The position numbers and the translations under genes are program-made. The notes under the pieces were generated by a model. It did not search any database. It was not told the origin of the DNA and saw nothing but the letters and a program-made list of their open reading frames with translations. 64,000 bases of DNA from Fimbriimonadia bacterium. GTDB taxonomy: Bacteria > Armatimonadota > Fimbriimonadia > Fimbriimonadales > JABRVX01. Every line of letters begins with the position of its first letter. Position 1 is the first letter of the stretch. The DNA lies in the NCBI GenBank assembly GCA_041483895.1, contig JBGPGO010000011.1, forward strand, positions 64,001-128,000, written 5' to 3'. This document shows positions 57,201 through 64,000 of this stretch, piece by piece.

Positions 57201-58912
57201 AGGCAACCATACTGCCAGCTGTTGCCGGACGAAACTATGGTACAGCCATTGATCGTGGCGGCAGTCATCAGCGCATTGATCGCTCCGCGATCGTTGTACT
57301 TCATTGGTCGCACATCGAACCCATCGATTACATCTTCACTCCCGCTCGGATCGATGTTCAATGTGCCTTCAGCGATGATGCAGACATGATTCTTGGGGTC
57401 CCTATCGACGCGATTGGATTCCGTTCCGGCAAATCCGGCATATAAGTGCGTAAAGCAGCGTGCGGTTACTGTTTCCGAATACTGTCCTTCGGCGACCCAG
57501 ACTTCGCCAAAGTTTGACAATGCCAATTCGATTCCGGCCTGAATCGTCTTCTTCGCGCTGGCCCAGCTGGAACCATCGTTGGTATCGGCGCCCGCCGGCG
57601 AAACAAAAACGACTGTTGGCTCAGTCGGCCAAACGATTCCATCCGATTCGTCTGCACCGATGTCCACATGGCTTCCGAAAATGCGCGACTGGCCGTCCAT
57701 ATCCTGCCATGAAAGATCGACAGAAGAGTCATCTCCGGTATCAACGCATGAAGACGCAGGCTGGAGGTGCAAGTTGCCGTAAGCCTCGAGCGCAAATCCC
57801 GGATCGACTGAGATGTTGCCGTTGGTTCCCGTCGGATCACCGAGACCTGAATAGTTGTATAGAAAGTTCCCAAATACGTCGTTCGTGAAAAACTTGGCGG
57901 ACTTGGATTTGTAGTCGACTCCGGCAGAATTGTATGCTATGACATTATTTGCGATGGTTGCAGAATTTGTTCCAATATTGATAACACCGCCGGTTGCCGA
58001 GTAGTTGCTGACAATCGTATTATTTACAATTTTTGCATTCGATCCCAGGCCATTAATGATCGCCCCACCCGAAAACGCTCCGTTACCAATCATGATGTTG
58101 TTGGCGATTACGAGTGCGGCGCTGCCACCGTATTCGATTGCAGCGCCGGAATCCGCGATGTTCGATTGAAAGTAGTTCGCGAGGATCATGGCTGCCGAGG
58201 TGTTGGAATAGATGACACCACCTTTCGTCGCATATAATCGATTGCCTGTCGAACAGAAACGATTGTGGACGATCATGGCGGTTGTATTAAGAAGGTAAAT
58301 GCACCCGCCGAGGTTTTCGGCAAAATTAAAGCAGAACGAATTGTCCTTGATCGTAGGAGATCCGCCAGAAATGTAAATGCCACCTCCATTGGTTGCCGAT
58401 GCTCCGATCGCGTTGGCGACTACGACGGCTGCTGAGTTCATGAGCGATATGCCGCCTCCGTTTCCGTGTACGACATTGTTGGAGATTGTCGGAGAGGCGT
58501 TCGAACACAAGATGCCAGGACTGCCCGCCGTGGAAAGAGACATCCCATCAATAACCGTGTCTAGGCCGGCGCCGGTTGCAACAGTAATACAACTACCGGA
58601 CGAGGGCTTGATACGAGAAGTATTAACGCTAGGATTCCTTTCGGACCGAATCAGTTCTGTGCCCGCGAATCCACCGTATATCGAAACCCCTCCAGTGAGC
58701 GAGACCTTTTCGGAATAGTCTCCGGAGGCCACCCAAATCTCGTCGCCGGTATGGGCTGCAGAGACGGCCCCTATGATCGTCTTCTTGGCAAGGCTCCACG
58801 ACGAACCATCATTCGCGTCACTCCCGGTCGGAATGACGCGGACGATCATTGCGTTCATTGAGTTGGCAATCAGCAAAAGGACTGATATCGCAATCCAAAC
58901 ACGGATGTTCAT
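51290..58912 (-). CDS. Giant secreted protein: six DUF1565 + right-handed beta-helix + choice-of-anchor-Q-like modules, C-terminal dockerin-like domain
   Basis: Six G.D..DG..W..AK.T[IV] starts and six SxC[VI]DxG...DIGA[DS]E-type ends; C-terminal GDAERNNVVNIRDL / DLDGGGSVDMHDL duplicated Ca-binding loops; signal peptide. Confidence 0.88.
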   Translation of the reverse strand: MNIRVWIAISVLLLIANSMNAMIVRVIPTGSDANDGSSWSLAKKTIIGAVSAAHTGDEIWVASGDYSEKVSLTGGVSIYGGFAGTELIRSERNPSVNTSRIKPSSGSCITVATGAGLDTVIDGMSLSTAGSPGILCSNASPTISNNVVHGNGGGISLMNSAAVVVANAIGASATNGGGIYISGGSPTIKDNSFCFNFAENLGGCIYLLNTTAMIVHNRFCSTGNRLYATKGGVIYSNTSAAMILANYFQSNIADSGAAIEYGGSAALVIANNIMIGNGAFSGGAIINGLGSNAKIVNNTIVSNYSATGGVINIGTNSATIANNVIAYNSAGVDYKSKSAKFFTNDVFGNFLYNYSGLGDPTGTNGNISVDPGFALEAYGNLHLQPASSCVDTGDDSSVDLSWQDMDGQSRIFGSHVDIGADESDGIVWPTEPTVVFVSPAGADTNDGSSWASAKKTIQAGIELALSNFGEVWVAEGQYSETVTARCFTHLYAGFAGTESNRVDRDPKNHVCIIAEGTLNIDPSGSEDVIDGFDVRPMKYNDRGAINALMTAATINGCTIVSSGNSWQYGCLHGNLGSPTVTNCHFEGNPSVEVMLESCSAVLQNNTINGRSDISVDAVGLSCDGNSHVVIEDNLITNCKYGGVTVGEDVIATILRNRIADNGMGVICNGGASSILNNVIARNFGRDPGGGVVIGGDAVAQIANNLVFANKPGIALSSTLAGTKVVNNTIVGNIATNGAGLAFAGAQATIANNVIAHNTTGIELVEGGIAPIFSNNDVWQNGYTNFAGMPNPTGTNGNISADPQFANWQNQDYHLQAASPCVDAGAPAFVDGGWVDMDGQLRIQGLGPDIGADESDGTNWHGGPAVTFVKPDGNDLDDGLSWATAKRTIGSALMEASERDGEIWIAGGTFKENLVLRDIFSIYGGFKGNEVDRNDRDWKANPTIIDGSFAGLSIEVIAVSGVMDGLRVRNGTGGGIYCRSGSPTIQNCAIEWCSGSGIICNMASPVIARNILSNNVNPAKPGEGGGIEVTGLSAPTIVQNLIRGNSALNGGGVYVGGPATIANNWIVGNGSDGGGGLYLSSVSGGIIVGNTIAGNTATTGAGGIHYRQSTALFSNNVVAFNGGGGVLASGSAPASTFHSNDVFGNSGANWSGVTDPTGTDGNIAAEPLIASLPFGNFHLQPTSPCVDAGNNSDAMPGYGDYDGQSRILGPAVDIGADESDGTLWNTNPAIIHVRPDGDDSHDGLTWETAKKTIQAGLDLATDLGGEAWVMKGTYPEMIRLPVFVALYGGFAGSESDRSERNFETNPTIIDAEGRGTAVNVAAGEHLSVLDGFTIKRGNAGVFPGAGIYALYSSNEIANCVVRECTSQIKTGTAVVMQGAASRLISCKIIDNSIPGVTAKFRAGLIDSNLISRNQGTGLAYLDKAGGTIQNNTISYNNSTIAVAGVDLGSSTVLFARNVVAHNTSTTQSLPASALSSLRGTPRISGNIFAWNSSANGYTVLLDVTTNGQVANNVLIGNYEGSGAIGLYQATTCSVTNNTLISNHGAAQIGYPYVFAITNYGTNDTIANNLVAYNSGGIYAYSAGTYANNNVYANATNYSGTADPTGTSGNISVDPIIPGIWVGDYHLGHGSPCIDAGNNSYVFPGFADIDNENRISGAAVDIGADEWYEDHTVTLPSAVVRVDGGNGNDLNDGLSWASAKKTVQGGIDALPDGGEVWIRGGIYQEHPIASGLISIYGGFAGNESDRSKRDWVANPTTIDGGRSGQVLSLVNGVGYLDGFTIRNGVTGGLLIQNSIETMVNLVISDNKGARGCGLNVNDSLIRISYSAITNNSDVDGANGFNYGPNQLISTSGTFDHVVVQGNTSQGGSLGAVGAGISFVNGGYLICTNCKLVDNVADSGPAIYCVPGAGLTLINSVASGNRARAGGGALYLSGNATLIGNTIVLNSAPRGAVAFSGTNLTMANNLISHNASGVYLDKVALLDFHNNDVFDNGWANLSGFASDPIGVDGNISEDPLIANRYTKDVHIQPGSPCIDGGSDVDSSGSDIDDEVRLLGAHVDIGADESDGTVWVGPSPSKTIYVKPLGSDAADGLRWQTAKRTVAAALAISAPGDEVWVTAGTYKENLTLPSSVKLYGGFLGTEWELEDRFLSSQNQSILDGAGGSTKSIIDVSPGALPDTVIDGFTITKGSRQGVGAGINVSGASPTISRNVFVSNGGIPVYLYSSGSKVSSLYFINNGSVGLYSRLSNIAVHDSLFYGNRGGASFSVCHGEFINCTVAKNPWTYGLVLSSSPLFLANNVIAFNNQGVQDSNSIPPANWWNSVIYGNGTKDYDPSIKSPVGKNGNVSVDPLFIDIANGDYHLSAASTCIDTGLDDATVPPRWDVDLLPRTIGHHVDVGASEYVSTTATGIILLNDFVGIPPDRIRFELRELGSRAAFGDFDAVIRPNGEFAIPVPAAALDLAAKPGHWLRRVVPIDATNGSVSGIEITLENGDAERNNVVNIRDLNAIFLSFGEGPSPNDLDGGGSVDMHDLTIVVMNFGMAGDD

Positions 58913-59281
58913 ATTCGGACTCCTTGCTAAGGGCTCTCGACGCTGGCAGTCCGCGCTAATTTCGGAATGCCAATCAACGCAATCCGATTACCTGTTCGAT
59001 GCCTCTTTCAGTTCGGATCAGCCCCAATGGCATAGGTGAGTGGTCCACTCACCCATCAATCTCCGTCAGTGCATAGTCAGACCGGCTCCCCAACAGTGCG
59101 GTCAGTCATGATACTAGGCACTGCTGCACGTTTGTAAGCAAGTCGAGATTTACTATGACCGCCAAATGTCTACGACTCCAATCCTCACAGGATTGTCTCA
59201 TTTGATGCTGTCCATGGAAGGACTCTAAGAGGGACGTGACGTAAGAATCGCCTCTGCTGGCACCATCGTAAGGCAAAGAAC

Positions 59282-59309
59282 CCTATCGTAAAGAACCATT
59301 ATCGATAGG
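59282..59309 (+). other. 28-bp dif-like recombination site D
   Basis: CCTATCGTAAA GAACCA TTATCGATAGG, followed by TCTTGGGATTGCTGCGAAGCTGGCGTCCTGG shared with site C. Confidence 0.8.
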
Positions 59310-59445
59310 TCTTGGGATTGCTGCGAAGCTGGCGTCCTGGGAGGCAATTCCGCGGCAAGGCGGCTCAAAGGCGGTGGTTGGCGCAGAATTACCACCGGTG
59401 GCGCTGTGAACGAGCCGTGTGCGGAACTTGGGCCTTCCTCGCTGT

Positions 59446-59850
59446 CTAGGCCAAGGTGGCGAAGATTAGTCGCTCGTGCCCAACAATGTGGCCGTCCACG
59501 AGAACGTCGAACCGATACCGGCCGGGCCCTTCAATAATGGTCGGTTCACCGAGACCAAAGGGGAGCTTCACCCATTGGCGACCCTCGAAAGCGTCGACGG
59601 GTGGATGCAGGTCCACATCGAGCGTCGCCGTCATGAGGCGGCTGCCGTCTTGGTTTATGAGGACAACGTCAACCTTAGCGGTCCGACCGCTTTCGCTCGG
59701 TTCATATTCAATCTCGGAAGCGAATGTCATAGGAGGCAATGGGCAAGGATATCGGCTCGGCGTGACCCGATCGAATAGGCCAACCAATGCCACGTTGCCG
59801 TTGGGCGATACTGATTCGTTTTCGCAGAGCTTACATAGTGTTGTTTTCAT
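59446..59850 (-). CDS. DUF6941-like protein
   Basis: LCENESVSPNGNVALVGLFD...YP...GPGRYRFDVLVDG pattern. Confidence 0.65.
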   Translation of the reverse strand: MKTTLCKLCENESVSPNGNVALVGLFDRVTPSRYPCPLPPMTFASEIEYEPSESGRTAKVDVVLINQDGSRLMTATLDVDLHPPVDAFEGRQWVKLPFGLGEPTIIEGPGRYRFDVLVDGHIVGHERLIFATLA

Positions 59851-59989
59851 AGCGATCCAGTTCCGTCAATGACATCCGGCTCCTTCAAACCTTCTCCGCT
59901 AACGTTCGCGCTTCTCGGGATGCAGCCGCTCTCCATCCAGACTTGTCGTGGGCAACACGATCTAAGTTACTGGCGTACAGTCGGCCCGC

Positions 59990-60643
59990 ATGGAGTGGCC
60001 GGAAACCGGGCGCCAGGTCCAGCTCAGGGCGAACAGGACGGGCTTCCCGGACACGAAGCACGACGATCAGGTGCATAGCTTAGGCGTGGCCTTTCGGACG
60101 GCAATGCATTATACTGACGGCACCACCACCGTCAAGGGCAAGCGCGACGCGGCGATCCTTCGGCTGTTCTGGGAGCTGGCGCTGCGGCGTGCCGAGATCT
60201 GCAATCTTTCGCGGGCCGACTTTGACCCCGAGGCGAAGACATTGGCGGTTCGCGGAAAGGGTAAGGGGACGCAGAAGGTGCTGATGACCCTGAGCGATAA
60301 GGCCATCGAAGCGATCGGCGATTACTTGGCCTGCCGGGACATCGACCGACCGGAACTATTCCTCTCTTGCACACGCGACGGCGATGGCCAGCTGTCCGGC
60401 ATCACCGGGGTTGGGCTGGCGTTTATGGTGAAGCACTACGCGAAAAAGGCGGGAATCTCAAATTTCAGTCCGCACAAGTGGCGGCACACGAGCATCACCG
60501 CCTACCTGCACGCCACAAACGGCGACGTACGGGGCGCTCAGAAGCTCAGCCGCCATTCTAAGCTAGAGACGCTGATGATCTACGACGACGCGCGTGAGGA
60601 CCTTCAGGGACGCGCAACAAGGTTGTTGTCGGATTTGGCTTGA
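59990..60643 (+). pseudogene. Tyrosine recombinase catalytic domain lacking its core-binding domain, fused to a terminase-like remnant
   Basis: RDAAIL, LRRAE, GKG, HKWRH, SRH and catalytic Y (LMIYDD) are intact; only ~45 aa precede box I, and they contain FPDTKHDDQVHSL. Confidence 0.8.
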
Positions 60644-60651
60644 CCGGACCG

Positions 60652-61077
60652 TCACGAGCGCTTGGATTTCAGCCGGTCAGGATTGAATCCCAGTTTGCGC
60701 ACTACCGTTTGCCTGCTTTTCTCTGCTCTCGCGGTCAGTTCTCGGCGTCGTTCCCGAACGTAGTCCTTCACAATCGTATAGCCGCCTTCGAAGCCGTATT
60801 CGTCGCATAGGAGTTGATAGATCCCGACGGCGGTGCAACCACTTCCGAAAACACCCTGGGCTTCTGCTTCGAGGATCTGATCGACAATTGGCGCTACGGC
60901 ATCCAGCTTCGATTCTCTCGTCGCTTGATCCTGCCGATATCCTGGTGGACGCTCGTACGTCAGCATCTTGCGGACAGTGTCTCTGTGCAAGCCAAACTCC
61001 CGCGCTACCTCCCGAATGCTGAGGACCTTCTTGTTGATCGCCCTTTTGACGTCCTTGTAGACATCAGCCGCGTACAT
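60652..61077 (-). CDS. Stand-alone IstA N-terminal HTH region (truncated IS21 transposase derivative)
   Basis: SIREVAREFGLHRDTVRKML...PPGYR...GFEGGYTIVKDYVRERR followed by an unrelated basic tail and a stop; no DDE domain. Confidence 0.75.
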   Translation of the reverse strand: MYAADVYKDVKRAINKKVLSIREVAREFGLHRDTVRKMLTYERPPGYRQDQATRESKLDAVAPIVDQILEAEAQGVFGSGCTAVGIYQLLCDEYGFEGGYTIVKDYVRERRRELTARAEKSRQTVVRKLGFNPDRLKSKRS

Positions 61078-61097
61078 GCGCCCTCTCGGTTTCGACG

Positions 61098-61119
61098 CTC
61101 ATGGCGGCATTTTACCGGC
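61098..61119 (+). repeat. 22-bp direct repeat, copy 1 (copy 2 at 62041-62062)
   Basis: CTCATGGCGGCATTTTACCGGC vs CTCATAGCGGCATTTTACTGGC, 20/22 identical. Confidence 0.7.
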
Positions 61120-61171
61120 TGTAAACACGGGAGAAAAATGCAGCCACGGGCGGGGAGCAAGAGTGTGCCAC
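61120..61171 (+). mobile_element. Orphan IS21-type terminal repeat
   Basis: TGTAAACACGGGAGAAAAATGCAGCCAC...GGAGCAAGAGTGTGCCAC resembles the end and sub-terminal repeat of the IS at 48729. Confidence 0.6.
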
Positions 61172-61255
61172 TTATCGGCGAGTTGATCGGGCCAAACTCA
61201 ACCAGGGCCGAGAGTGCAGAGGTAACATCCATACTTCCATCAGAGGAGGGAGTTA

Positions 61256-62047
61256 TTGGGTGCGATGCAAATGATCCCATGCAAGAGATTCCGAGCAAGT
61301 ATGTGGAAGCGAACAAGAGAAGTTTCGGACGAGTTCATTTATACCGTCCGACTAACCATGATGCATACGGCGCTCGGCGTTTTCATCGACCGTGCCAAGC
61401 AGGACGACGATCCCAACAAGTGGGAAGCTCAGGATATGCCCGAAAAGCTCGATCTGTTCGCCCGTCAGATGCATCTCTACGGCGAGATAATCAATCAACT
61501 TTTCGGCGATACCGCTCCACGTAGAGGAGCTTGGCCTCACGAAGTAGCAGATGCCAAGTTCCGCATCTGGGCTAAGGTTATCGCAGACGCCAACCTGCAA
61601 CTCAGTCAAGCCCGTAAGGAATTGCTCGAGGGAAAGGATGCTGCGTGGGATATAGTAAAGGCTGTTCGCAACCAACTGGGCGCGCATTTCGACATCGAAG
61701 TCATCCGTAGCGGGCTTGATCGCTGGCAAGAGCAACCACCTGACCAAAAGGCACACGCTTTCTACACGGGCCTGACTGAGGGCGACGACGCCGATCACAT
61801 CTTTCCCTTATCGCAGGAAATCATCGGATCTTTCCTCTGCGGTCTGGGTACGGAAGACCAATATTTTGACCGCATGGACAAGCTAATTCCTCCTCTACAC
61901 AACTACTTGAAAATGCTGATCGCCGACCGGATCATGGCACTTCAGAAAAGCGGAGAACTGGAGTTGATTGAAGGTGAAATGCACGCTGACATAGGTCTAT
62001 GGCACCCGGACCACTACAAACGAATGATTCGCGATATGACCTCATAG
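61256..62047 (+). CDS. Hypothetical helical protein with a HEPN-like (AbiU2-type) RNxxxAHxD motif
   Basis: AGGAGG RBS with TTG start; helical-looking sequence with KAVRNQLGAHFD. Confidence 0.6.
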   Translation: MGAMQMIPCKRFRASMWKRTREVSDEFIYTVRLTMMHTALGVFIDRAKQDDDPNKWEAQDMPEKLDLFARQMHLYGEIINQLFGDTAPRRGAWPHEVADAKFRIWAKVIADANLQLSQARKELLEGKDAAWDIVKAVRNQLGAHFDIEVIRSGLDRWQEQPPDQKAHAFYTGLTEGDDADHIFPLSQEIIGSFLCGLGTEDQYFDRMDKLIPPLHNYLKMLIADRIMALQKSGELELIEGEMHADIGLWHPDHYKRMIRDMTS

Positions 62048-62075
62048 CGGCATTTTACTGGCCAACCGCCATTGA

Positions 62076-62103
62076 CCTATCGAAAATCGCCATTATCGAT
62101 AGT
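62076..62103 (+). other. 28-bp dif-like recombination site E
   Basis: CCTATCGAAAA TCGCCA TTATCGATAGT; same spacer and ATTnA left flank as site A. Confidence 0.8.
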
Positions 62104-62241
62104 GAAAATCCGGGCAAGACAATTACGAGACTGCGGCAAGCACCCATAGGCTTGGAGCGATCCACAGGAATTTGCTCAGGGACTCACCATCCCGGGCGGC
62201 AACCGAGGCACGGGCCTGATCCGGTCATCTCTCCAACGATG

Positions 62242-62934
62242 CTAGCCCTGAGCGAAGATAATGGTTGTGTCAGGGGAAACCACCAGATGGTCTTCGTCAA
62301 ACTCCTTGTACACGTCATAGGGACCGTCGATTCGGAGAAGCAACGGTGCGTCTGATGCAATGCCCGGTCCGATGATTACGCGCGTCGCATCATTCAACGG
62401 CCCTGGCTCAAGAACATGCACTCCGTTCCATTTTCGATCGCTTTCTCGAATCAACGGTGGAGTTTCAAGAAGTCTCTTGGCAAAAAGGTAGGGATTTCGA
62501 ACCAGGTTGGCAACCAGTCTACCTTGAGAGTTGTCTAGTTCAATAGTCGCGTTGATTCGCACGAGTCCTATTTCCTCGTCGATACCCAAAGTAAAGCTGA
62601 CTCCGCTTGGCAGGTCCACATCTACGCGATCTGGTAATGCCCGAGCACAAACGAGTGAGCTGGGAGCACCTCCGTTCAACCGAACTGGCATGAGTTGTGG
62701 GCCATGTCCAAAGGGGTACATGACGACAACAGTGAAGTCCTCGGCTAGCGAGTATTTGGTTCTTTCCCGCCAGTCATTTGGTTCGAACACTAACGAGAGG
62801 AATTCGTCCCAAGAACAGCTCCATGACCAAGGATTCGTCGGTGGGCGCTCTTTCCAGGTTTCCGTTACGAGATTAGCGTTACGTGCCTGCCTTTTCATGA
62901 TCTTACCTCGAGGGGTTCGAGTTAGCTCGGACAA
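62242..62934 (-). CDS. Hypothetical protein
   Basis: 230-aa ORF overlapping the upstream gene end; start may be 62898 (ATG). Confidence 0.55.
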   Translation of the reverse strand: MSELTRTPRGKIMKRQARNANLVTETWKERPPTNPWSWSCSWDEFLSLVFEPNDWRERTKYSLAEDFTVVVMYPFGHGPQLMPVRLNGGAPSSLVCARALPDRVDVDLPSGVSFTLGIDEEIGLVRINATIELDNSQGRLVANLVRNPYLFAKRLLETPPLIRESDRKWNGVHVLEPGPLNDATRVIIGPGIASDAPLLLRIDGPYDVYKEFDEDHLVVSPDTTIIFAQG

Positions 62935-63599
62935 TAGCCCTTTATGACGTACGTATCAAGGCTCACTGTGTACTGGCCCGAACCGGTGAGAACTGCTTTC
63001 CCCATTGCTAATTCACATACAGTGCAAGGTGACACTATGGGTCCGACATACAGCACACGAATTTCATCCGGATCCGATGTCGAGGAAAAGGTGAGTTGGC
63101 CCGAGGTCGGGCTCGCGAATGCATATGACGGGAAGCTGGTGTCGCTGGGGCTGGAAACAACCCGCAGCTTGACCGTGCCGGCGCTAATCGCGTCGTTCGT
63201 GTAATCGTATGGCTTATTCACGAGGGCCCAACATGCCGGTCCAGCCGTTGAAGCCGAACCCAGCTCGAAGTGAACGTATGCGAGACCCATATTAGAAACG
63301 ATGGTGACGAACACGTCGCCAGATGGAGCCTCTTGAAACGGCGTACCAGGCATCGATGTGGCACGACCGCGAATTGAAACGAATGGAGTCGTTTCAATCC
63401 CTTCAACGCTGACAATGCTGTCGCCAGCGTCTTCTCCAGTCGGCGGGAAGATAAGCATGCTGAACGGTACGGGGAGCGTGTGATCGTTGTCGTCTTCCCA
63501 AGTCGCCTGATCCGTAAGAAGAGTTGCGATGTCGGACCAAGCGCACTGCACGGCCCAAAGAGTATCGTCCGCAGATACGCGTGCTATTGATAAAGGCAT
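62922..63599 (-). CDS. Hypothetical beta-rich protein
   Basis: GGAGGA RBS before ATG 63599; 225-aa Ser/Thr-rich ORF. Confidence 0.65.
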   Translation of the reverse strand: MPLSIARVSADDTLWAVQCAWSDIATLLTDQATWEDDNDHTLPVPFSMLIFPPTGEDAGDSIVSVEGIETTPFVSIRGRATSMPGTPFQEAPSGDVFVTIVSNMGLAYVHFELGSASTAGPACWALVNKPYDYTNDAISAGTVKLRVVSSPSDTSFPSYAFASPTSGQLTFSSTSDPDEIRVLYVGPIVSPCTVCELAMGKAVLTGSGQYTVSLDTYVIKGYCPS

Positions 63600-63675
63600 G
63601 ATTCCTCCGGTTCATTTGCTAAACACAGATTAAGAACCGACGACAGAAAGGGATTCTTACGACAAATGGCGGAAA

Positions 63676-64000
63676 TTACGACAAAATAGTCGAGATCAAC
63701 TGGCGCCAACCGAGCTTTCGGTAAGTAATAATATCACTTTGTCGTTCGCATGTAAGCTTTTCCATGAACGCCGCCAACCTATTATTTGCATCCTTTCGCA
63801 ATCTAGATGCTATCTCCGAATGGATCTTTGCCGCGGCAACTAGGCAGATTGCACAGTTCTCTTGTTCGCCAAGCCTTTCTAGAACAGGTGCAGCATCAAG
63901 CAAAGCTTTGCCACAATGAAACGTTCGATGCCCTTCCGATGCAATCCGTACCCCACGAAGGAATGCCTGCTTGGACCCAACCAGATCCCCAGCTTCCGAA
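63676..64000 (-). CDS. C-terminal part of a helical-repeat (TPR-like) protein, cut by the window edge
   Basis: Frame is open from the edge (SEAGDLVGSKQAFLRGVRIA...) to the stop at 63676. Confidence 0.5.
   Translation of the reverse strand, partial: SEAGDLVGSKQAFLRGVRIASEGHRTFHCGKALLDAAPVLERLGEQENCAICLVAAAKIHSEIASRLRKDANNRLAAFMEKLTCERQSDIITYRKLGWRQLISTILS

Noticed and set aside
62064..62076. IS21 right end (CCGCCATTGAC) pairing with the 61120 end to form a non-autonomous element
   Set aside because: It lacks the terminal CA, matches the 61120 end poorly, and its ATTGA is also explained as the flank shared by sites A and E; left unresolved.
31039..62103. Classical integron
   Set aside because: No attC (RYYYAAC...GTTRRRY) hairpins seen, the recombinase lacks the IntI-specific insertion, and modules are multi-gene with their own promoters.
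63715..63742. Possible reverse copy of the 28-bp site (GCTTTCGGTAA GTAATA ATATCACTTTG)
   Set aside because: It lies inside an ORF and the second arm matches only 5/11.
1..64000. tRNA/rRNA genes and the many short antisense or overlapping ORFs in the track
   Set aside because: No tRNA or rRNA signatures seen by eye; the short ORFs are shadows of long GC-rich genes.

Overview
Bacterial chromosome segment, probably Armatimonadota (inference from a PEP-CTERM protein and a C-terminal dockerin-like tail of the kind common in that phylum; not verified). It has three zones. (1) 0.15-18.8 kb is a glycan-utilisation region: two GH29 fucosidases, araFGH, a GH38-like enzyme, a DUF5703/GH95-like enzyme and an NPCBM protein. 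A REP-like palindrome occurs here as a tandem array and in-frame inside a CDS. (2) 19.0-28.0 kb is a tightly coupled 7-gene respiratory operon: cupredoxin, Cyc2-like cytochrome-porin, FAD/[4Fe-4S] NAD(P)H oxidoreductase, Rieske, split cytochrome b6 plus subunit IV, and an octaheme cytochrome c. This is an anammox-type Rieske/cytb complex joined to a candidate outer-membrane electron conduit. (3) 28.2-64 kb is an accessory mosaic cut into modules by five clear and one or two degenerate co-oriented copies of a 28-bp 11-6-11 dif-like site (CCTATCGAAAA-N6-TTATCGATAGG). Two remnants of the same tyrosine recombinase lie among them. The modules carry a PEP-CTERM protein, MFS+czcCBA preceded by a Cys-rich RAPP leader with a perfect anti-SD stem, a PDZ-TPR-CHAT protease, an IS21 element, a 2540-aa six-module beta-helix protein and a HEPN-like protein. 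No rRNA, tRNA or CRISPR array was seen. All family calls come from motif recognition by eye, not from searches.
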